In this document: piece by piece, positions 43,139 to 53,568 of the stretch
How the letters are laid out: each line of letters starts with the position of its first letter
Position numbering within the stretch: the first letter of the stretch is position 1
Source of the DNA: Patescibacteria group bacterium
Lineage (GTDB): Bacteria; Patescibacteriota; Patescibacteriia; UBA1558; GWA2-36-10
Direction of reading: 5' to 3'
DNA: 64,000 bases
Assembly (NCBI GenBank): GCA_041665545.1
Contig: JBAYIQ010000002.1
Location: 66,369 to 130,368, forward strand
Translations under genes and position numbers: made by a program
Notes under the pieces: model-generated
Database searches by the model: none
The model's input: the letters and a program-made list of their open reading frames with translations, nothing else
What the model was told of the DNA's origin: nothing

Positions 43139-44428
43139 TTAACTATCTCTCAAATAACCCCAAGTATTGAGCTTGTCACTATCTTCATACCAGCGATCGC
43201 CGATGTCGGTACGATAATACATATTGGGGATCATCAAATTACTGACCCTATTGTAGACATGTTTCTGGGCTTGCTTCATGGTCAGACCACTACCGGTGAT
43301 AGTAAGCACTACACCAGCTTCGCCAGCTACTAGCCACTCGCCCTTTTCCATTTTGGCATCCTCAAAATGCACTCCATCATAGTTTGGCTTATGAAAAAGA
43401 ATAACCGCGTTTTTGGAAAACGATTCAAAGGTCTCTGGGTCATCAAAAGGATAGGGCGGCACTATGATACGCACACCGATTTGAAAACCTTTCTTGGTTT
43501 TGATCACAAAGTTTTCTCCGGCAGCCATTTTGTAAAAAAATTCACCCATGGGCATAGCCATACCTTCCTGCTGAATAAAAATAGTTGGGTAACCAAAACG
43601 AGAGGTGAACTCCAAGGGGTAGATACCATTACCATTGACTATACAGTTGATGTCAATGTAGCCAGCAAAATGCTCTTCGGCCAGTTTGGCTTCCAATTTT
43701 TTCAAAGTAGCATTAAAAATCTTGTTGGGCTGGCTCCAAAACATACTGGTACCCATTTCACCGGTTGAAGGGCCAATATTACCGGGAAATAATTTTTTAT
43801 GCTCAAAATTAACATTGATAGGATTCAAAAATTCATGGCCATTGAAAAAACCACCAATGGCTACCTCTACGCCCACCACTCTTTTTTGCAACTGAATTTC
43901 TGCAACTTTATCAGAAAAAACTTTTTTATAGGCCTCTAGGATATGCAAAACATCCTGTCCATCGTCTTCTTCACCGATAAATAAAAAAGCTTTAGACACA
44001 TGTGATTCACCGCTAGATTTTATCACATAGCGTCCAGGATTTTTCTTCACAAAATCAATGGCCTGGTCAAAAGAAGTAAAAATTTGGTAAGGAATGATGG
44101 AAATACCATGACTCTTCATCTCCTCCTGACCAAAACTACGATCATCTTCCAAGCGATCAGTGTATCTAGTACCACCGATGACTAGCTTACCTTTTTTCCT
44201 CAAATCCTCAGCCATAGCTCCGTGCCCCAAGGTATCGTCAAAAACAATGACATCAGCCCAATCGACCCAATCCTCCCAAGCATCCACGCGCTCTACAAAA
44301 CCTATACCAATATCGTCAGCACTTTTGTCGCTAATGTAAACTTTTACTTGATTACCCTCGCGGCTTATAACCCAAGCAATGTCAGACAACAAGCCCTCGA
44401 TACTGATAAACAAAAATTTCTTTTCCAT
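43139..44428 (-). CDS. ATP-grasp enzyme, phosphoribosylamine-glycine ligase (PurD)-like
   Basis: 429 aa. PreATP-grasp N-domain (KFLFISIEGLLSDIAWVI...VKVYISD), central ATP-grasp segment (VIKSSGESHVSKAF), C-terminal domain. Whether it acts in purine biosynthesis is uncertain. Confidence 0.45.
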   Translation of the reverse strand: MEKKFLFISIEGLLSDIAWVISREGNQVKVYISDKSADDIGIGFVERVDAWEDWVDWADVIVFDDTLGHGAMAEDLRKKGKLVIGGTRYTDRLEDDRSFGQEEMKSHGISIIPYQIFTSFDQAIDFVKKNPGRYVIKSSGESHVSKAFLFIGEEDDGQDVLHILEAYKKVFSDKVAEIQLQKRVVGVEVAIGGFFNGHEFLNPINVNFEHKKLFPGNIGPSTGEMGTSMFWSQPNKIFNATLKKLEAKLAEEHFAGYIDINCIVNGNGIYPLEFTSRFGYPTIFIQQEGMAMPMGEFFYKMAAGENFVIKTKKGFQIGVRIIVPPYPFDDPETFESFSKNAVILFHKPNYDGVHFEDAKMEKGEWLVAGEAGVVLTITGSGLTMKQAQKHVYNRVSNLMIPNMYYRTDIGDRWYEDSDKLNTWGYLRDS

Positions 44429-44492
44429 AAATTATCCTAATAATCAGATAGGTAAATTATAACACTTTTTTTAAAAAAAAGAATAGTTTTAA

Positions 44493-44523
44493 CAAAAAAA
44501 CACCCCATTTTTGGATAGGGTGT
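44493..44523 (-). terminator. Intrinsic terminator for the 44538..45047 gene (acaccc...gggtgt hairpin plus T-run on the minus strand)
   Basis: Reverse complement gacaccctatccaaaaatggggtgttttttt. Confidence 0.55.
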
Positions 44524-44537
44524 CTTTTGGGAAAATT

Positions 44538-45047
44538 TTAACCGCAAAAATTAGTTATCATATTGCTGGGAAAACCCATTTTTTCCAATGCTGGACAATC
44601 AGCCGCGCCATTGCCGTCATATACTAGTCCCCAAACACCATCCTGCTTGATGGCTATAAACATTCCGCCCTCAATCTGATCTCCGGTGCCGATACCGACG
44701 GCTCCCACAGCGTGAGTATCGTCGCTTTGGGAAACCGCTACCACTACTTCACTCGGATCTTTCTTGTACTTATCGACCAACAAACCCTTAATTGTCTCTT
44801 CAATACTCAGCTCGCATTTTTCTTCGCCGGCTTTGATGCATTTTTCACTCAAATCACACCAAGTATAACCCTTGTTTATAATGCAACCATGCGCATCAAT
44901 TTCATCTTTTTGCGCTTCTTGCATTTTTTGTTTTAAACTGGCTAGCTCTCCCTTGACGCTTCTCAAATCGCGATCAAGGTAAAGAAATAAACCACCTAAG
45001 ACAAAAAATACTAGCAAAAAAATAATAATTGTTTTCAAACTTTTCAT
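44538..45047 (-). CDS. Hypothetical protein with an N-terminal TM anchor, coiled-coil and a Cys-containing extracytoplasmic domain
   Basis: 169-aa ORF. TM IIIFLLVFFVLGGLFLYL. Coiled-coil LASLKQKMQEAQKDE. 6 Cys. Confidence 0.4.
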   Translation of the reverse strand: MKSLKTIIIFLLVFFVLGGLFLYLDRDLRSVKGELASLKQKMQEAQKDEIDAHGCIINKGYTWCDLSEKCIKAGEEKCELSIEETIKGLLVDKYKKDPSEVVVAVSQSDDTHAVGAVGIGTGDQIEGGMFIAIKQDGVWGLVYDGNGAADCPALEKMGFPSNMITNFCG

Positions 45048-45105
45048 ATTATTTATATTATTTTTATTTTTTTCTCTGACAAATTAATTTGTTTCTTTAT
45101 TATAG

Positions 45106-45133
45106 CAAAAAATCGCCTATCTGGCGATCTTTT
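45106..45133 (-). terminator. Intrinsic terminator downstream of the ABC exporter gene (atcgcc-agatag-gcgat plus T-run on the minus strand)
   Basis: Reverse complement gatcgccagataggcgattttttgc. Confidence 0.55.
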
Positions 45134-45142
45134 GCTTCTAAT

Positions 45143-46912
45143 TTATGAAATAAAGCCACCAACCTGCTTGGACCACAATCTTTGATAAAAACCATTTTGT
45201 TTTTTCAAAAGCTCAGCATGACTGCCCTGCTCCACTATTTGACCCTGATCCACAACCACTATTCTATCCATCTTCATGATAGTAGACAAACGATGAGCAA
45301 TGACAATCACTGTTTTATTCTTCATCAGATTGGCCAGAGCTTTTTGGATCAACTCCTCAGACTCCGAGTCCAAGCTACTAGTTGCTTCATCTAAGACCAG
45401 AATCGGCGCGTTTTTTATAATAGCTCTAGCCATAGCCACGCGCTGACGCTCGCCACCGGACAAGCGCATCCCCCGCTCGCCCACAAAGGTATCATACCCT
45501 TCGGTAAAGCCCTTGATAAACTCGTGACAGTGAGCCATCTTGGCGGCTTTGACTACTTGTTCTTGACTTGAGCCCCATAGGCCATAAGAAATATTTTCGC
45601 TCAAGGAGCGATGAAACAAAATTGGATCTTGATTGACCAAACCAATATTGGACCACAGACTTTCTTGACTGACCTGACTGATATTTTGGCCGTCAATAAT
45701 TATCTTTCCATCAGTCAAGTCATGCTGACGCAGTAAAATACTAGCAATGGTTGATTTACCACCACCCGAGGGACCGACTATGGCTACTTTTTCTTTGGGC
45801 TGAATAACTAAGTTCAATTTCTTAATAATCTGCCTAGTTTGATTGTAGCTAAAATCAACGTTAATAAACTCTATTTTACCTTCACTCACTTTCAGCTGTT
45901 TAGCTTTTGGTATGTCAACAATTTCATGGGGCTTTTCCAAGATTTCGGTCATTTCTTGAGCATCGGCCATGGCCTCATAATAATATCTGATGATGCGACC
46001 AAAATCCCACAAGCGATCAAACATATTTATCAGATAGGTCTGGATCAAGACAAAATCGCCAATGGTGACCAAACCCTCTCGCCACAAATGCAGGGCATAA
46101 AACATCAGCCCGATTTCCAACCCAACCATCATTAGTGTCTGGACAGCGTCAAAATAATTGGTCAAGTTCCAAGTAAAATTGCGCATGGCTTGCAGTTGCC
46201 CAGTAATTTTCCGAAAAGCATTATTTTCCCGGCTGTAACCGTTAAACAATTTTATATTCAGCTGATTAGTAATAGTGTCAGCCAAAGCGCCACTGACCTT
46301 GGAATCAAGGGCGCTACGCTTAACATCATATTTTAATTTGTAGCGACTGAAAACAAAATTAATGGTGCAAAATAATATCACCCAGACCAAAACAGCCATG
46401 CCCACCCAAATATTGCGTCGTGACAAAACATAAACAATCAGAGCAACATTGACGAGACTGGGTATTAAGCTCCAGACAAAAACATCCATGATCGAGGCAA
46501 AGGAATAGACAAAGCGATTTACTTTTTTGACTAGCGAACCAGTAAAATTATTATTAAAAAAAGAAACCGAATGCTTGTGCAAGTAAGCAAAGCTAGAATT
46601 GAATAAATCCGACATGACATGAGTCTGGAAATGACTAGCCGTAAAGCTTAAAATCCGCCAACACACCCAAGCAAACAAATCAATGGCCAAAATTGTTAAC
46701 AATATTTTGGAAAACTGAGACATGGCGGCCATCTCGCCGGTCTTGGTCAACAAATCAAAAAATTTCTTGTAATAAACCGGCATCAACACTCGCGCCCCCG
46801 AAGCCAAAACAATAAAAATCAAAATAACAAAAAAAGACACGCGGTATTTCAAAACGTGTTTAAAATAATAAGCAAATGTTTGCTTGGTAAGATTATTATT
46901 TGATTCTATCAT
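45143..46912 (-). CDS. ABC transporter, fused permease/ATP-binding exporter (MsbA/type I exporter-like)
   Basis: 6 N-terminal TM segments. Walker A GPSGGGKST. ABC signature LSGGERQRVAMARA. Walker B ILVLDEATSSLD. 589 aa. Confidence 0.85.
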   Translation of the reverse strand: MIESNNNLTKQTFAYYFKHVLKYRVSFFVILIFIVLASGARVLMPVYYKKFFDLLTKTGEMAAMSQFSKILLTILAIDLFAWVCWRILSFTASHFQTHVMSDLFNSSFAYLHKHSVSFFNNNFTGSLVKKVNRFVYSFASIMDVFVWSLIPSLVNVALIVYVLSRRNIWVGMAVLVWVILFCTINFVFSRYKLKYDVKRSALDSKVSGALADTITNQLNIKLFNGYSRENNAFRKITGQLQAMRNFTWNLTNYFDAVQTLMMVGLEIGLMFYALHLWREGLVTIGDFVLIQTYLINMFDRLWDFGRIIRYYYEAMADAQEMTEILEKPHEIVDIPKAKQLKVSEGKIEFINVDFSYNQTRQIIKKLNLVIQPKEKVAIVGPSGGGKSTIASILLRQHDLTDGKIIIDGQNISQVSQESLWSNIGLVNQDPILFHRSLSENISYGLWGSSQEQVVKAAKMAHCHEFIKGFTEGYDTFVGERGMRLSGGERQRVAMARAIIKNAPILVLDEATSSLDSESEELIQKALANLMKNKTVIVIAHRLSTIMKMDRIVVVDQGQIVEQGSHAELLKKQNGFYQRLWSKQVGGFIS

Positions 46913-47005
46913 ACCTATATAGACGAAAAACCGGCTCTTTTATTACAGTTTGCCTATTATTTGCCCAATATTAAACAAAGATTAACTAGAATATTTTTAT
47001 AATTA

Positions 47006-47632
47006 TTATTTAATAATATTTACACTAGTTGGTAGTTTTTCCTGGATAATACCCAAGTCTAGTTCGGAATAATTGTTGCCCGAAATATTCAAGGTTTTAA
47101 GATTTTTCAAATTGCCCATTTCATAAGGCAGGCCAGTTAGCTTATTGTTAGATAAATTTAATGTTTGTAAATTTTGTAATTGGCCCACTTCGGCTGGCAC
47201 ACCAGTCATGATGTTATTATGAGCATCTAATATTTTTAGCTTGCTCATCTTACGAATTTCTCCTGGCAAAGAGCCCCCTAATTGATTGTTATCCAAATAC
47301 AACTCCTCCAGATTAGTTAGCTGACCAATTTCTGACGGCAAGTTTTTTAAATTGTTATTAGATAATATAAGTCTGTGAGTATTGGTTTTTGATAAAATGT
47401 CTTTGGGAAAAGTGTCCAGGCCCTTATTGCTAAGATCAATGGTATTTGAATTATTTGTATTCAAATCTATTGTGTTGGAATTATTCGTATTAGAGTCGTT
47501 TTGCCCATTGGCATTGTTTGAATTGGTAATGGGTCTATTAGTTGTATTATTGGTAAAATCAAGACTGCAACCGCCGATTACAAACATACTTATAGTTAAA
47601 AACGAAATAATGCTATATTTTTTTATATTCAT
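47006..47632 (-). CDS. Leucine-rich-repeat (LRR) lipoprotein
   Basis: Lipobox VIGGCS. Asn-rich linker with internal tandem duplication (NTNNSNTIDL x2). Then six or more LRRs (LxxLxLxxNxLxxLPxEIGQLxNL). Confidence 0.65.
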   Translation of the reverse strand: MNIKKYSIISFLTISMFVIGGCSLDFTNNTTNRPITNSNNANGQNDSNTNNSNTIDLNTNNSNTIDLSNKGLDTFPKDILSKTNTHRLILSNNNLKNLPSEIGQLTNLEELYLDNNQLGGSLPGEIRKMSKLKILDAHNNIMTGVPAEVGQLQNLQTLNLSNNKLTGLPYEMGNLKNLKTLNISGNNYSELDLGIIQEKLPTSVNIIK

Positions 47633-47694
47633 AAAATTGTCTTAATGATTATATATTCAATATAGCACGAGCTAGAAAATATTAGTAGCTTCGA

Positions 47695-48345
47695 TTATTT
47701 TACAAAAAGTTTTGCAACATCCATCCAAGCACTTAGCTCAGATTGCTTTTGCACATAGCCCAATAAGGCCACTTGCTCGCCATAGTGAATGCCCAAATGT
47801 AAATGTTTTCTCTCGCCGTCTGTCTCAGTGCTGTACTCTTTACCCAAAATACCAAGCTGATCACCAGCTTTTAATTCTTGATTTACTTTGGCACTGATAC
47901 TAGCTAGTTGCAGATGACCATAAATTACTGTCACGGTTTTTTTGTTTATCTCACAAGACTGGACTGCTACCCCACCATAGCCGGTGGCGTATTTTTTAAG
48001 CACCAGCGGACCGGAACAAATAGCATAAATCGGCACATCAATATTTTGTTCTGCTTCCGTGGTCTCAAAATCCACGCCTGTATGGTAACCACTAAAACGC
48101 TCTGGTTGTACTGGCGAATCTTTTATAGAAATTTTTATGCCAAATGGCTTTTTAGTGACCCTAGAAAGAGCTTGAGCAATTGGTTCGACAGTTTCATTTA
48201 TTTTAATTGGCGTGGAGGTGACTATTTGATTATTGTTTGTTTGCCCAGAAGGCAGGGTCGGGGCAATAGCTTTTTTATGAAATAATAAATACAAAACTGA
48301 ACTGAGTAGTAAGACTAAAACAATAACAAAAAATATTTTACGCAT
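47695..48345 (-). CDS. Secreted M23-family (LytM-like) peptidase
   Basis: Signal peptide. GYHTGVDFE...IYAICSGP...YGHL...HLHLGIH motifs. Confidence 0.7.
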   Translation of the reverse strand: MRKIFFVIVLVLLLSSVLYLLFHKKAIAPTLPSGQTNNNQIVTSTPIKINETVEPIAQALSRVTKKPFGIKISIKDSPVQPERFSGYHTGVDFETTEAEQNIDVPIYAICSGPLVLKKYATGYGGVAVQSCEINKKTVTVIYGHLQLASISAKVNQELKAGDQLGILGKEYSTETDGERKHLHLGIHYGEQVALLGYVQKQSELSAWMDVAKLFVK

Positions 48346-48348
48346 AAA

Positions 48349-48708
48349 TTATTTACTGAACGCTAAACCGACCAAGGCCAAAAGGATAAATAAAAACAAA
48401 TAAGCTAATTTGTAAAATAAAAGTTTCACGGCTTCTTTTTTTTGTCCATCCAAATACCAAACGATTGTCCGTCCAAAAATAGTCAGACCCATAAAAGCTG
48501 CCGAAAATACCAGTAATAACAAAAAGGTCACGGGGCTAAACATGTTGTCCTCTGATCCAAATAGTTTTTCGGCATTTCTAAGAAATAAACCAATCAAAAA
48601 TACATACAAAACTGCTACTAAGACCTCGGCCAAAGCGTAACGCAAAATACTTTTTTTACTCATATTTTTATGGTTAATAATATTGAATCTATATATTAAT
48701 AATAACAA
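48349..48708 (-). CDS. Small integral membrane protein (3-4 TM)
   Basis: 119 aa. Hydrophobic. No motif. Confidence 0.4.
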   Translation of the reverse strand: MLLLIYRFNIINHKNMSKKSILRYALAEVLVAVLYVFLIGLFLRNAEKLFGSEDNMFSPVTFLLLLVFSAAFMGLTIFGRTIVWYLDGQKKEAVKLLFYKLAYLFLFILLALVGLAFSK

Positions 48709-48742
48709 AAAATCGCCCCGAGCGTAAGTCGAGGGACGATTT
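48703..48742. repeat. Terminator-like hairpin atcgccccgagcgtaagtcgagggacgatttt. It is a near-identical inverted copy of 52988-53027.
   Basis: The reverse complement of 52990-53025 is aaaatcgccccgagcgtaagtcgaggggcggttt. The two copies bracket the lipoprotein and MacAB-like locus. Confidence 0.55.
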
Positions 48743-48749
48743 TTCTAAA

Positions 48750-49175
48750 TTACTGTTTTGGTACTTCTGGGTTATTGGGTAAAGCCGGACTGAGCTGGAT
48801 GCTCTTGGCACTCAGACTACCATCCGAGTTACTGGTGCCAGTTACCATGACATTACTGCCACTACTCAAATCTTCCAGTGAACCCGCAGTCATTTTACTA
48901 ACTGTAGTAGAGGCCGAAAGTAAAACTATTTTAGAGCCACCATCGCGTAACTTGATGGTGATACTCTGATCATCTTTACTAAGAATCTCGCCATTGGTAA
49001 AGCCACTATCAACCTGCCGATTGCCCATATTTTGCCCACTAAAATTTGCTCGATCAAAATTTCCCGGACCACGTAAATTGCTGTTTTTACTAACACCATA
49101 GGTCATACCTCCATAAAACGCTAAACCAGCTACAAAAATTACAAGCGCAAAGGTAATTAACAAATTTTTTTTCAT
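48750..49175 (-). CDS. Secreted hypothetical protein (signal peptide, Ser/Gly-rich)
   Basis: 141 aa. N-terminal TM/signal, then a low-complexity S/G/N-rich region. Confidence 0.4.
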   Translation of the reverse strand: MKKNLLITFALVIFVAGLAFYGGMTYGVSKNSNLRGPGNFDRANFSGQNMGNRQVDSGFTNGEILSKDDQSITIKLRDGGSKIVLLSASTTVSKMTAGSLEDLSSGSNVMVTGTSNSDGSLSAKSIQLSPALPNNPEVPKQ

Positions 49176-49202
49176 ATTATTTATTAAATTAATTTTTAAA
49201 TA

Positions 49203-50426
49203 TTATTCAAAACGCAAAGCATCAATAGGATTAAAGCCGGCGGCTCGCTTGGCTGGATAATAACCAAAGGCAATGCCAATAAAAGCTGAGACTCCAAAAG
49301 CCAGCAGAATAGATAGGCCTGATATTTTGGTAGCCAAACCGCCCAGTTGGGAAGCCAGCAATGCCGCCAGCCAACCAAGTAGCACACCCAAAATGCCACC
49401 GATAAAAGTCAGGGTAATAGCTTCTACTAAAAATTGTCGGCTAATATCCTTGCGCTTAGCACCTATGGCTTTGCGTAAACCAATCTCTCTGGTTCTTTCT
49501 GTCACATTAGTCAGCATCATATTCATGATACCAATACCACCGACCAACAAAGATATAGCCGCCACTGAGCCGAGTAAAATAGTAAAAGTATTGGCTACCG
49601 AAGAAGCAGTCTCAACAATATCAGCTTGATTCAAAGTACTAAAATCAGCAGACGCGCTATCAGCGATGTTGTGTCTTTCTAGCAATAGGGTAGTAATCTG
49701 TTCTTGCAGTGGCTCCATAGATTTTTGATCTTGCGCTTGGACGCTGATGGTGCTAACTTTGTCGCTACCTGATAAAAATTGCTGGGCTGTAGAAATAGGC
49801 ACGAAAATCATATCGTCTTGATTACTAAAGCCAGTACCACCCTTGGCCTTGGTCACCCCAATGACTTTAAATTCTATTTGTTTGATTCTGATAGTCTGAC
49901 CGACGGGATTGACGCCTTCACCAAAAATATCGTCCCGAACAGTGGGCCCTAAGACCACTACTTTTGATTTATTTTTTACATGTTGCTCCGTAACAAAAGA
50001 TCCCGAATCAACCTCGACATTTCTGATGCCGGTATAATTGGAATTTGTGCCCATCACCGAAGTATTAGTGTTGGTCCCCTTGGCTGTCACTTGATAACGA
50101 CCGGATAGCTCTGGAGCCACAGCCGCAGCCAAGCTAATTTCTTCAGCAATAGCATCAGCATCACCTTGCGTCAAAGTCTGAGCCGAACCTCTGCCCTGAC
50201 TCACCTGCGTGCCAGCTCCTCTCTGAGTACCGGGCATGACCAAAACTAAATTGGAACCCAAAGACTGAATGCTGGACTGAATATTATTTTGCGATCCCTG
50301 CCCAATGGCAATCATAGCAATCACTGAAGCAATACCGATAACTATGCCCAAAATAGTTAAGCTTGATCTAGCTTTGTTGGCTAATAGAGCTAAATATGTT
50401 TCTTCAAATAAATCGTGAGCTGTCAT
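49203..50426 (-). CDS. ABC transporter permease, MacB/FtsX-like
   Basis: N-terminal TM, large periplasmic domain, C-terminal three TM with the FtsX-like pattern (GIGIMNMML..V.ERTREIG..KAIGA). 407 aa. Confidence 0.8.
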   Translation of the reverse strand: MTAHDLFEETYLALLANKARSSLTILGIVIGIASVIAMIAIGQGSQNNIQSSIQSLGSNLVLVMPGTQRGAGTQVSQGRGSAQTLTQGDADAIAEEISLAAAVAPELSGRYQVTAKGTNTNTSVMGTNSNYTGIRNVEVDSGSFVTEQHVKNKSKVVVLGPTVRDDIFGEGVNPVGQTIRIKQIEFKVIGVTKAKGGTGFSNQDDMIFVPISTAQQFLSGSDKVSTISVQAQDQKSMEPLQEQITTLLLERHNIADSASADFSTLNQADIVETASSVANTFTILLGSVAAISLLVGGIGIMNMMLTNVTERTREIGLRKAIGAKRKDISRQFLVEAITLTFIGGILGVLLGWLAALLASQLGGLATKISGLSILLAFGVSAFIGIAFGYYPAKRAAGFNPIDALRFE

Positions 50427-50429
50427 AAA

Positions 50430-51128
50430 TTAAAATTTACGAGGATTTAAATTTTTTTTGTCCTCCACTATCAAGCCATCGCGAATATGAATAATGCGAT
50501 CAGCGCAATCAGCCACATCATGCTCATGAGTAATCAAAATAATTGTCCGCTTTTGTATTTTGTTTAAAGACTGGAAGGTGCCCAAAACTATTTCGCCAGT
50601 CTTGGTGTCCAAATTTCCCGTCGGCTCATCAGCCAAAATCAAACTAGGGTTATTAACCAAGGCCCGAGCTATGGCTACGCGTTGCATCTGTCCACCAGAT
50701 AACTGATTTGAACGATGATAAAAATGCGACTCATCTAGGCCAGCATTTTTTAAAGCTTCCTTGGCTTGATCTACTCTTTTTTCTCTAGGCACACCAGCAT
50801 AAACCAAGGGTAACATGACATTACGCAAAACTGTCGCGCGAGGCAAAAGATTAAAACTTTGAAAAACAAAACCAATTTTATGTTTACGAATATCAGCTAG
50901 TTCATCCTCTGATAATTCTGAAACTTTTTGACCAGCCAAAAAATAATCACCAGAACTGGCTGTATCCAATGCTCCTAAAATATGCATCAAGGTAGATTTT
51001 CCTGAGCCAGAGGGGCCAATAATAGCTACAAACTCGCCATCGGCAATATTAAAAGTTACTCCTTTCAAAACCGTAGTTTCATCATGAGCGCTCTGATAAA
51101 TTTTAGTAATATTTTTACACTCTATCAT
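50430..51128 (-). CDS. ABC transporter ATP-binding protein (MacB/LolD-type)
   Basis: Walker [17 protein letters not shown]-loop. Signature [15 protein letters not shown]. Walker [12 protein letters not shown]. 232 aa. Confidence 0.9.
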   Translation of the reverse strand: MIECKNITKIYQSAHDETTVLKGVTFNIADGEFVAIIGPSGSGKSTLMHILGALDTASSGDYFLAGQKVSELSEDELADIRKHKIGFVFQSFNLLPRATVLRNVMLPLVYAGVPREKRVDQAKEALKNAGLDESHFYHRSNQLSGGQMQRVAIARALVNNPSLILADEPTGNLDTKTGEIVLGTFQSLNKIQKRTIILITHEHDVADCADRIIHIRDGLIVEDKKNLNPRKF

Positions 51129-51133
51129 AAATA

Positions 51134-52909
51134 TTATCTGGGCATGAACCCGCCAGCCGGAGCACCGCCACTAGCGCCAGAATTTTGCAGTATGCTCTTG
51201 CCGTTGGTACTAGTGGTTTTATCACTAGCCATGCTGGTTTTTACTATAACTACATCGCCTTCGTTTAAACCACTGTCGATTTCCGTCACACTGTCATCAC
51301 TCAAACCAACGGTGACTGATTTTTGAGTTGGTTGATTTTTTAAAGTCACAGCCATGCCAGAACTAATGACATCGTCCGCAATAGTCTCAGCTGGCACTTC
51401 AACATAATAATTATTAGCAACTGACTTCACGGCAGAATTATCAACTAACAAAGCATCAGATTTTAAATCAGTGATAATAGAAGCCGAGGCGGTCATACCG
51501 GGCTTTACTCTGTCGTCTTGAGTATCAAGAGCAATTTTAGCAGTATAGGTCACTACACCCTGACTAACTGTGCCTAAGGCATCCATTTCGGCTACTACAC
51601 CACTGATAGTCAACTCTTCTATGGCATCAAAAGTTAAGGTAGCTTTTTGTCCAATTTTCACGCTAGCGGCATCTACTTCATTCAAGGAAACTTCGACGAT
51701 GCTCTGTGTAGTAATTAATGTAGCCACTACTGTAGCGGTAGAAACTGCCTCACCTTTTTTGACAGCCACATCGGCAATGACACCGTCAAATGGTGCGCGA
51801 ATAGTATAGTCGGCTAGCTTTTCTCTCAGATCCGATAGGGCATTTTGTTTTTGCTGTACTGCTAGCTCTTGTGATTGCAAGTCCAAAGCATCGGTGCCAG
51901 CTTGCAAATTGGCTAGGGTTTCTTTTTTTTCTTCTGTGCTGCGTTCCGCTGTCACAATCGCATCTTTATCTGACTTTATACTGGCGCTAGCATTAAGCAA
52001 GCTAATCAGGTGCGTGTTGGTGGTGCCTGTATAGCCATCCAAACTGCTCAAATGAGTATTGGATATAGCCGACACATTCACATTGTGTTCGTTGGACTTG
52101 TCTTGATAAAACTGAACCAAGTTATTAGCATTTTTGATGGCTTCGGCAATATTTTTTGTTGTGTCATAAGTCTGCAAAATCAAGGACTCAATAGTGGCCT
52201 CGTCAGAAAAACGACTAGTGGCTTTATAGGAAGCAAAATTTTTATCGTAGAGAGAGCGCGCTTTTCGATAAGCATCACTTGCGTCATCCCGATACTGCTC
52301 AACCGACGAATCGTAATATTTAGTGTTATCAGTATAATAATCAATATTGTCTTGATTAACAGTTATTTCATTATCATACAAAACATTCTCTACTCCGGAA
52401 ATAATTTCTGGTAGAACCAAAAAAGCATTGGCTACATTATTAAAGCCATCTTCATAAGTTTTGGCCAAATCCTCTTCGGCCTTGAGCTTTGACTCTTGAG
52501 CAGTGGTTAGAGAATTTTCCGCCTGCATCAAGGACAAGGCCTCGCTTGGTTGTTGTAATTTTTGTAGAGATAACTTAGCACTAGCCAAATTAACTTCGGC
52601 ATCGCGTAAGCTTTTATAAACATCCGAGGCATCTACCTGGGCTATGACCTCACCACTCTTTACTATTTGGCCTTGAACCGCTGATAATCTTACTATCTCC
52701 CCACTGGCTTTTGGCACCAAGTCCACCTGGCTAGAGGCCGAAACTTGACCGCTACCAGAAACTGTTTTGATCAAAGAACCCTTGGTGACTTTGGCTAAAG
52801 TATAAGTAGCGATTACTTGCTTACTGGCTACTTTTTGCCAGACAAAATAAACAATTATTAATAAAATGACCAGAATGATCGCTCCCCCAATTTTTTTCTT
52901 TTTAGACAT
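51134..52909 (-). CDS. Periplasmic adaptor (membrane-fusion protein, HlyD/MacA-like) with a very long coiled-coil
   Basis: N-terminal TM. Biotinyl-lipoyl-like segments flanking about 250 aa of coiled-coil. C-terminal beta-barrel domains. Glycine-rich tail. 591 aa. Forms an operon with the two ABC genes. Confidence 0.75.
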   Translation of the reverse strand: MSKKKKIGGAIILVILLIIVYFVWQKVASKQVIATYTLAKVTKGSLIKTVSGSGQVSASSQVDLVPKASGEIVRLSAVQGQIVKSGEVIAQVDASDVYKSLRDAEVNLASAKLSLQKLQQPSEALSLMQAENSLTTAQESKLKAEEDLAKTYEDGFNNVANAFLVLPEIISGVENVLYDNEITVNQDNIDYYTDNTKYYDSSVEQYRDDASDAYRKARSLYDKNFASYKATSRFSDEATIESLILQTYDTTKNIAEAIKNANNLVQFYQDKSNEHNVNVSAISNTHLSSLDGYTGTTNTHLISLLNASASIKSDKDAIVTAERSTEEKKETLANLQAGTDALDLQSQELAVQQKQNALSDLREKLADYTIRAPFDGVIADVAVKKGEAVSTATVVATLITTQSIVEVSLNEVDAASVKIGQKATLTFDAIEELTISGVVAEMDALGTVSQGVVTYTAKIALDTQDDRVKPGMTASASIITDLKSDALLVDNSAVKSVANNYYVEVPAETIADDVISSGMAVTLKNQPTQKSVTVGLSDDSVTEIDSGLNEGDVVIVKTSMASDKTTSTNGKSILQNSGASGGAPAGGFMPR

Positions 52910-52987
52910 AAAATATATAAAAACTGATTTAAAACTAAAAATGGGTGTCTTATTACTAATACGCTAAAAAGCTAAAAATTATTTCAA

Positions 52988-53027
52988 AATAAAACCGCCC
53001 CTCGACTTACGCTCGGGGCGATTTTAT
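52988..53027. repeat. Terminator-like hairpin aaaccgcccctcgacttacgctcggggcgatttt, inverted partner of 48703-48742
   Basis: See 48703-48742. Confidence 0.55.
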
Positions 53028-53046
53028 AAGGTGAATAGTGAAAAAA

Positions 53047-53475
53047 TTATTTAGCTTGATTCTCAGTATTAACTGCTGGCGCGCCTGCTCCTCTGGGTCC
53101 CATACCGCGGCCACCCATATGACCATTACCCATTGGACCAAACATACCTAGTTCATCAAAAATTGCTTTGGCTTCGTCAATCTTGCCAGCTTGCATCAAC
53201 TGATGAGCTTGAGACAATTTATTAAAGGTATCTTGATTGATCTTGGCTTCCAAGTCAGTGGCTTGCTGACGCATTTCAGTCACTCTAGTAGTCATGGCTG
53301 TCTGCCAAGCGCCATAATCATTATTGGTAATCGCTTGCTGCATTTGTTCACGATCATCGTTGATTTTGACATTTGTATCAGACTTACCACCAAAGGCGAA
53401 ACTGGTAGAAGCCACTACGGCTGTAGTTACCAATAGACCCAAGAAAGCTGCTAATAAATATTGTTTTTTCTCCAT
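53047..53475 (-). CDS. Secreted periplasmic protein, Spy/CpxP/ZraP-like (LTxxQ-type helical protein with a Gly/Met/His-rich tail)
   Basis: Signal peptide. Helical region with LSQAHQLMQAG. C-terminal MFGPMGNGHMGGRGMGPRGAG. Assigned by motif resemblance only. Confidence 0.35.
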   Translation of the reverse strand: MEKKQYLLAAFLGLLVTTAVVASTSFAFGGKSDTNVKINDDREQMQQAITNNDYGAWQTAMTTRVTEMRQQATDLEAKINQDTFNKLSQAHQLMQAGKIDEAKAIFDELGMFGPMGNGHMGGRGMGPRGAGAPAVNTENQAK

Positions 53476-53568
53476 AATTTATTTATTTAATAATTAATTG
53501 GGAATCGGCCTAACTCCTCTTGCACTAGACTATACGCACATCTTCAAAAAATTATTTCAAAAATAAAA

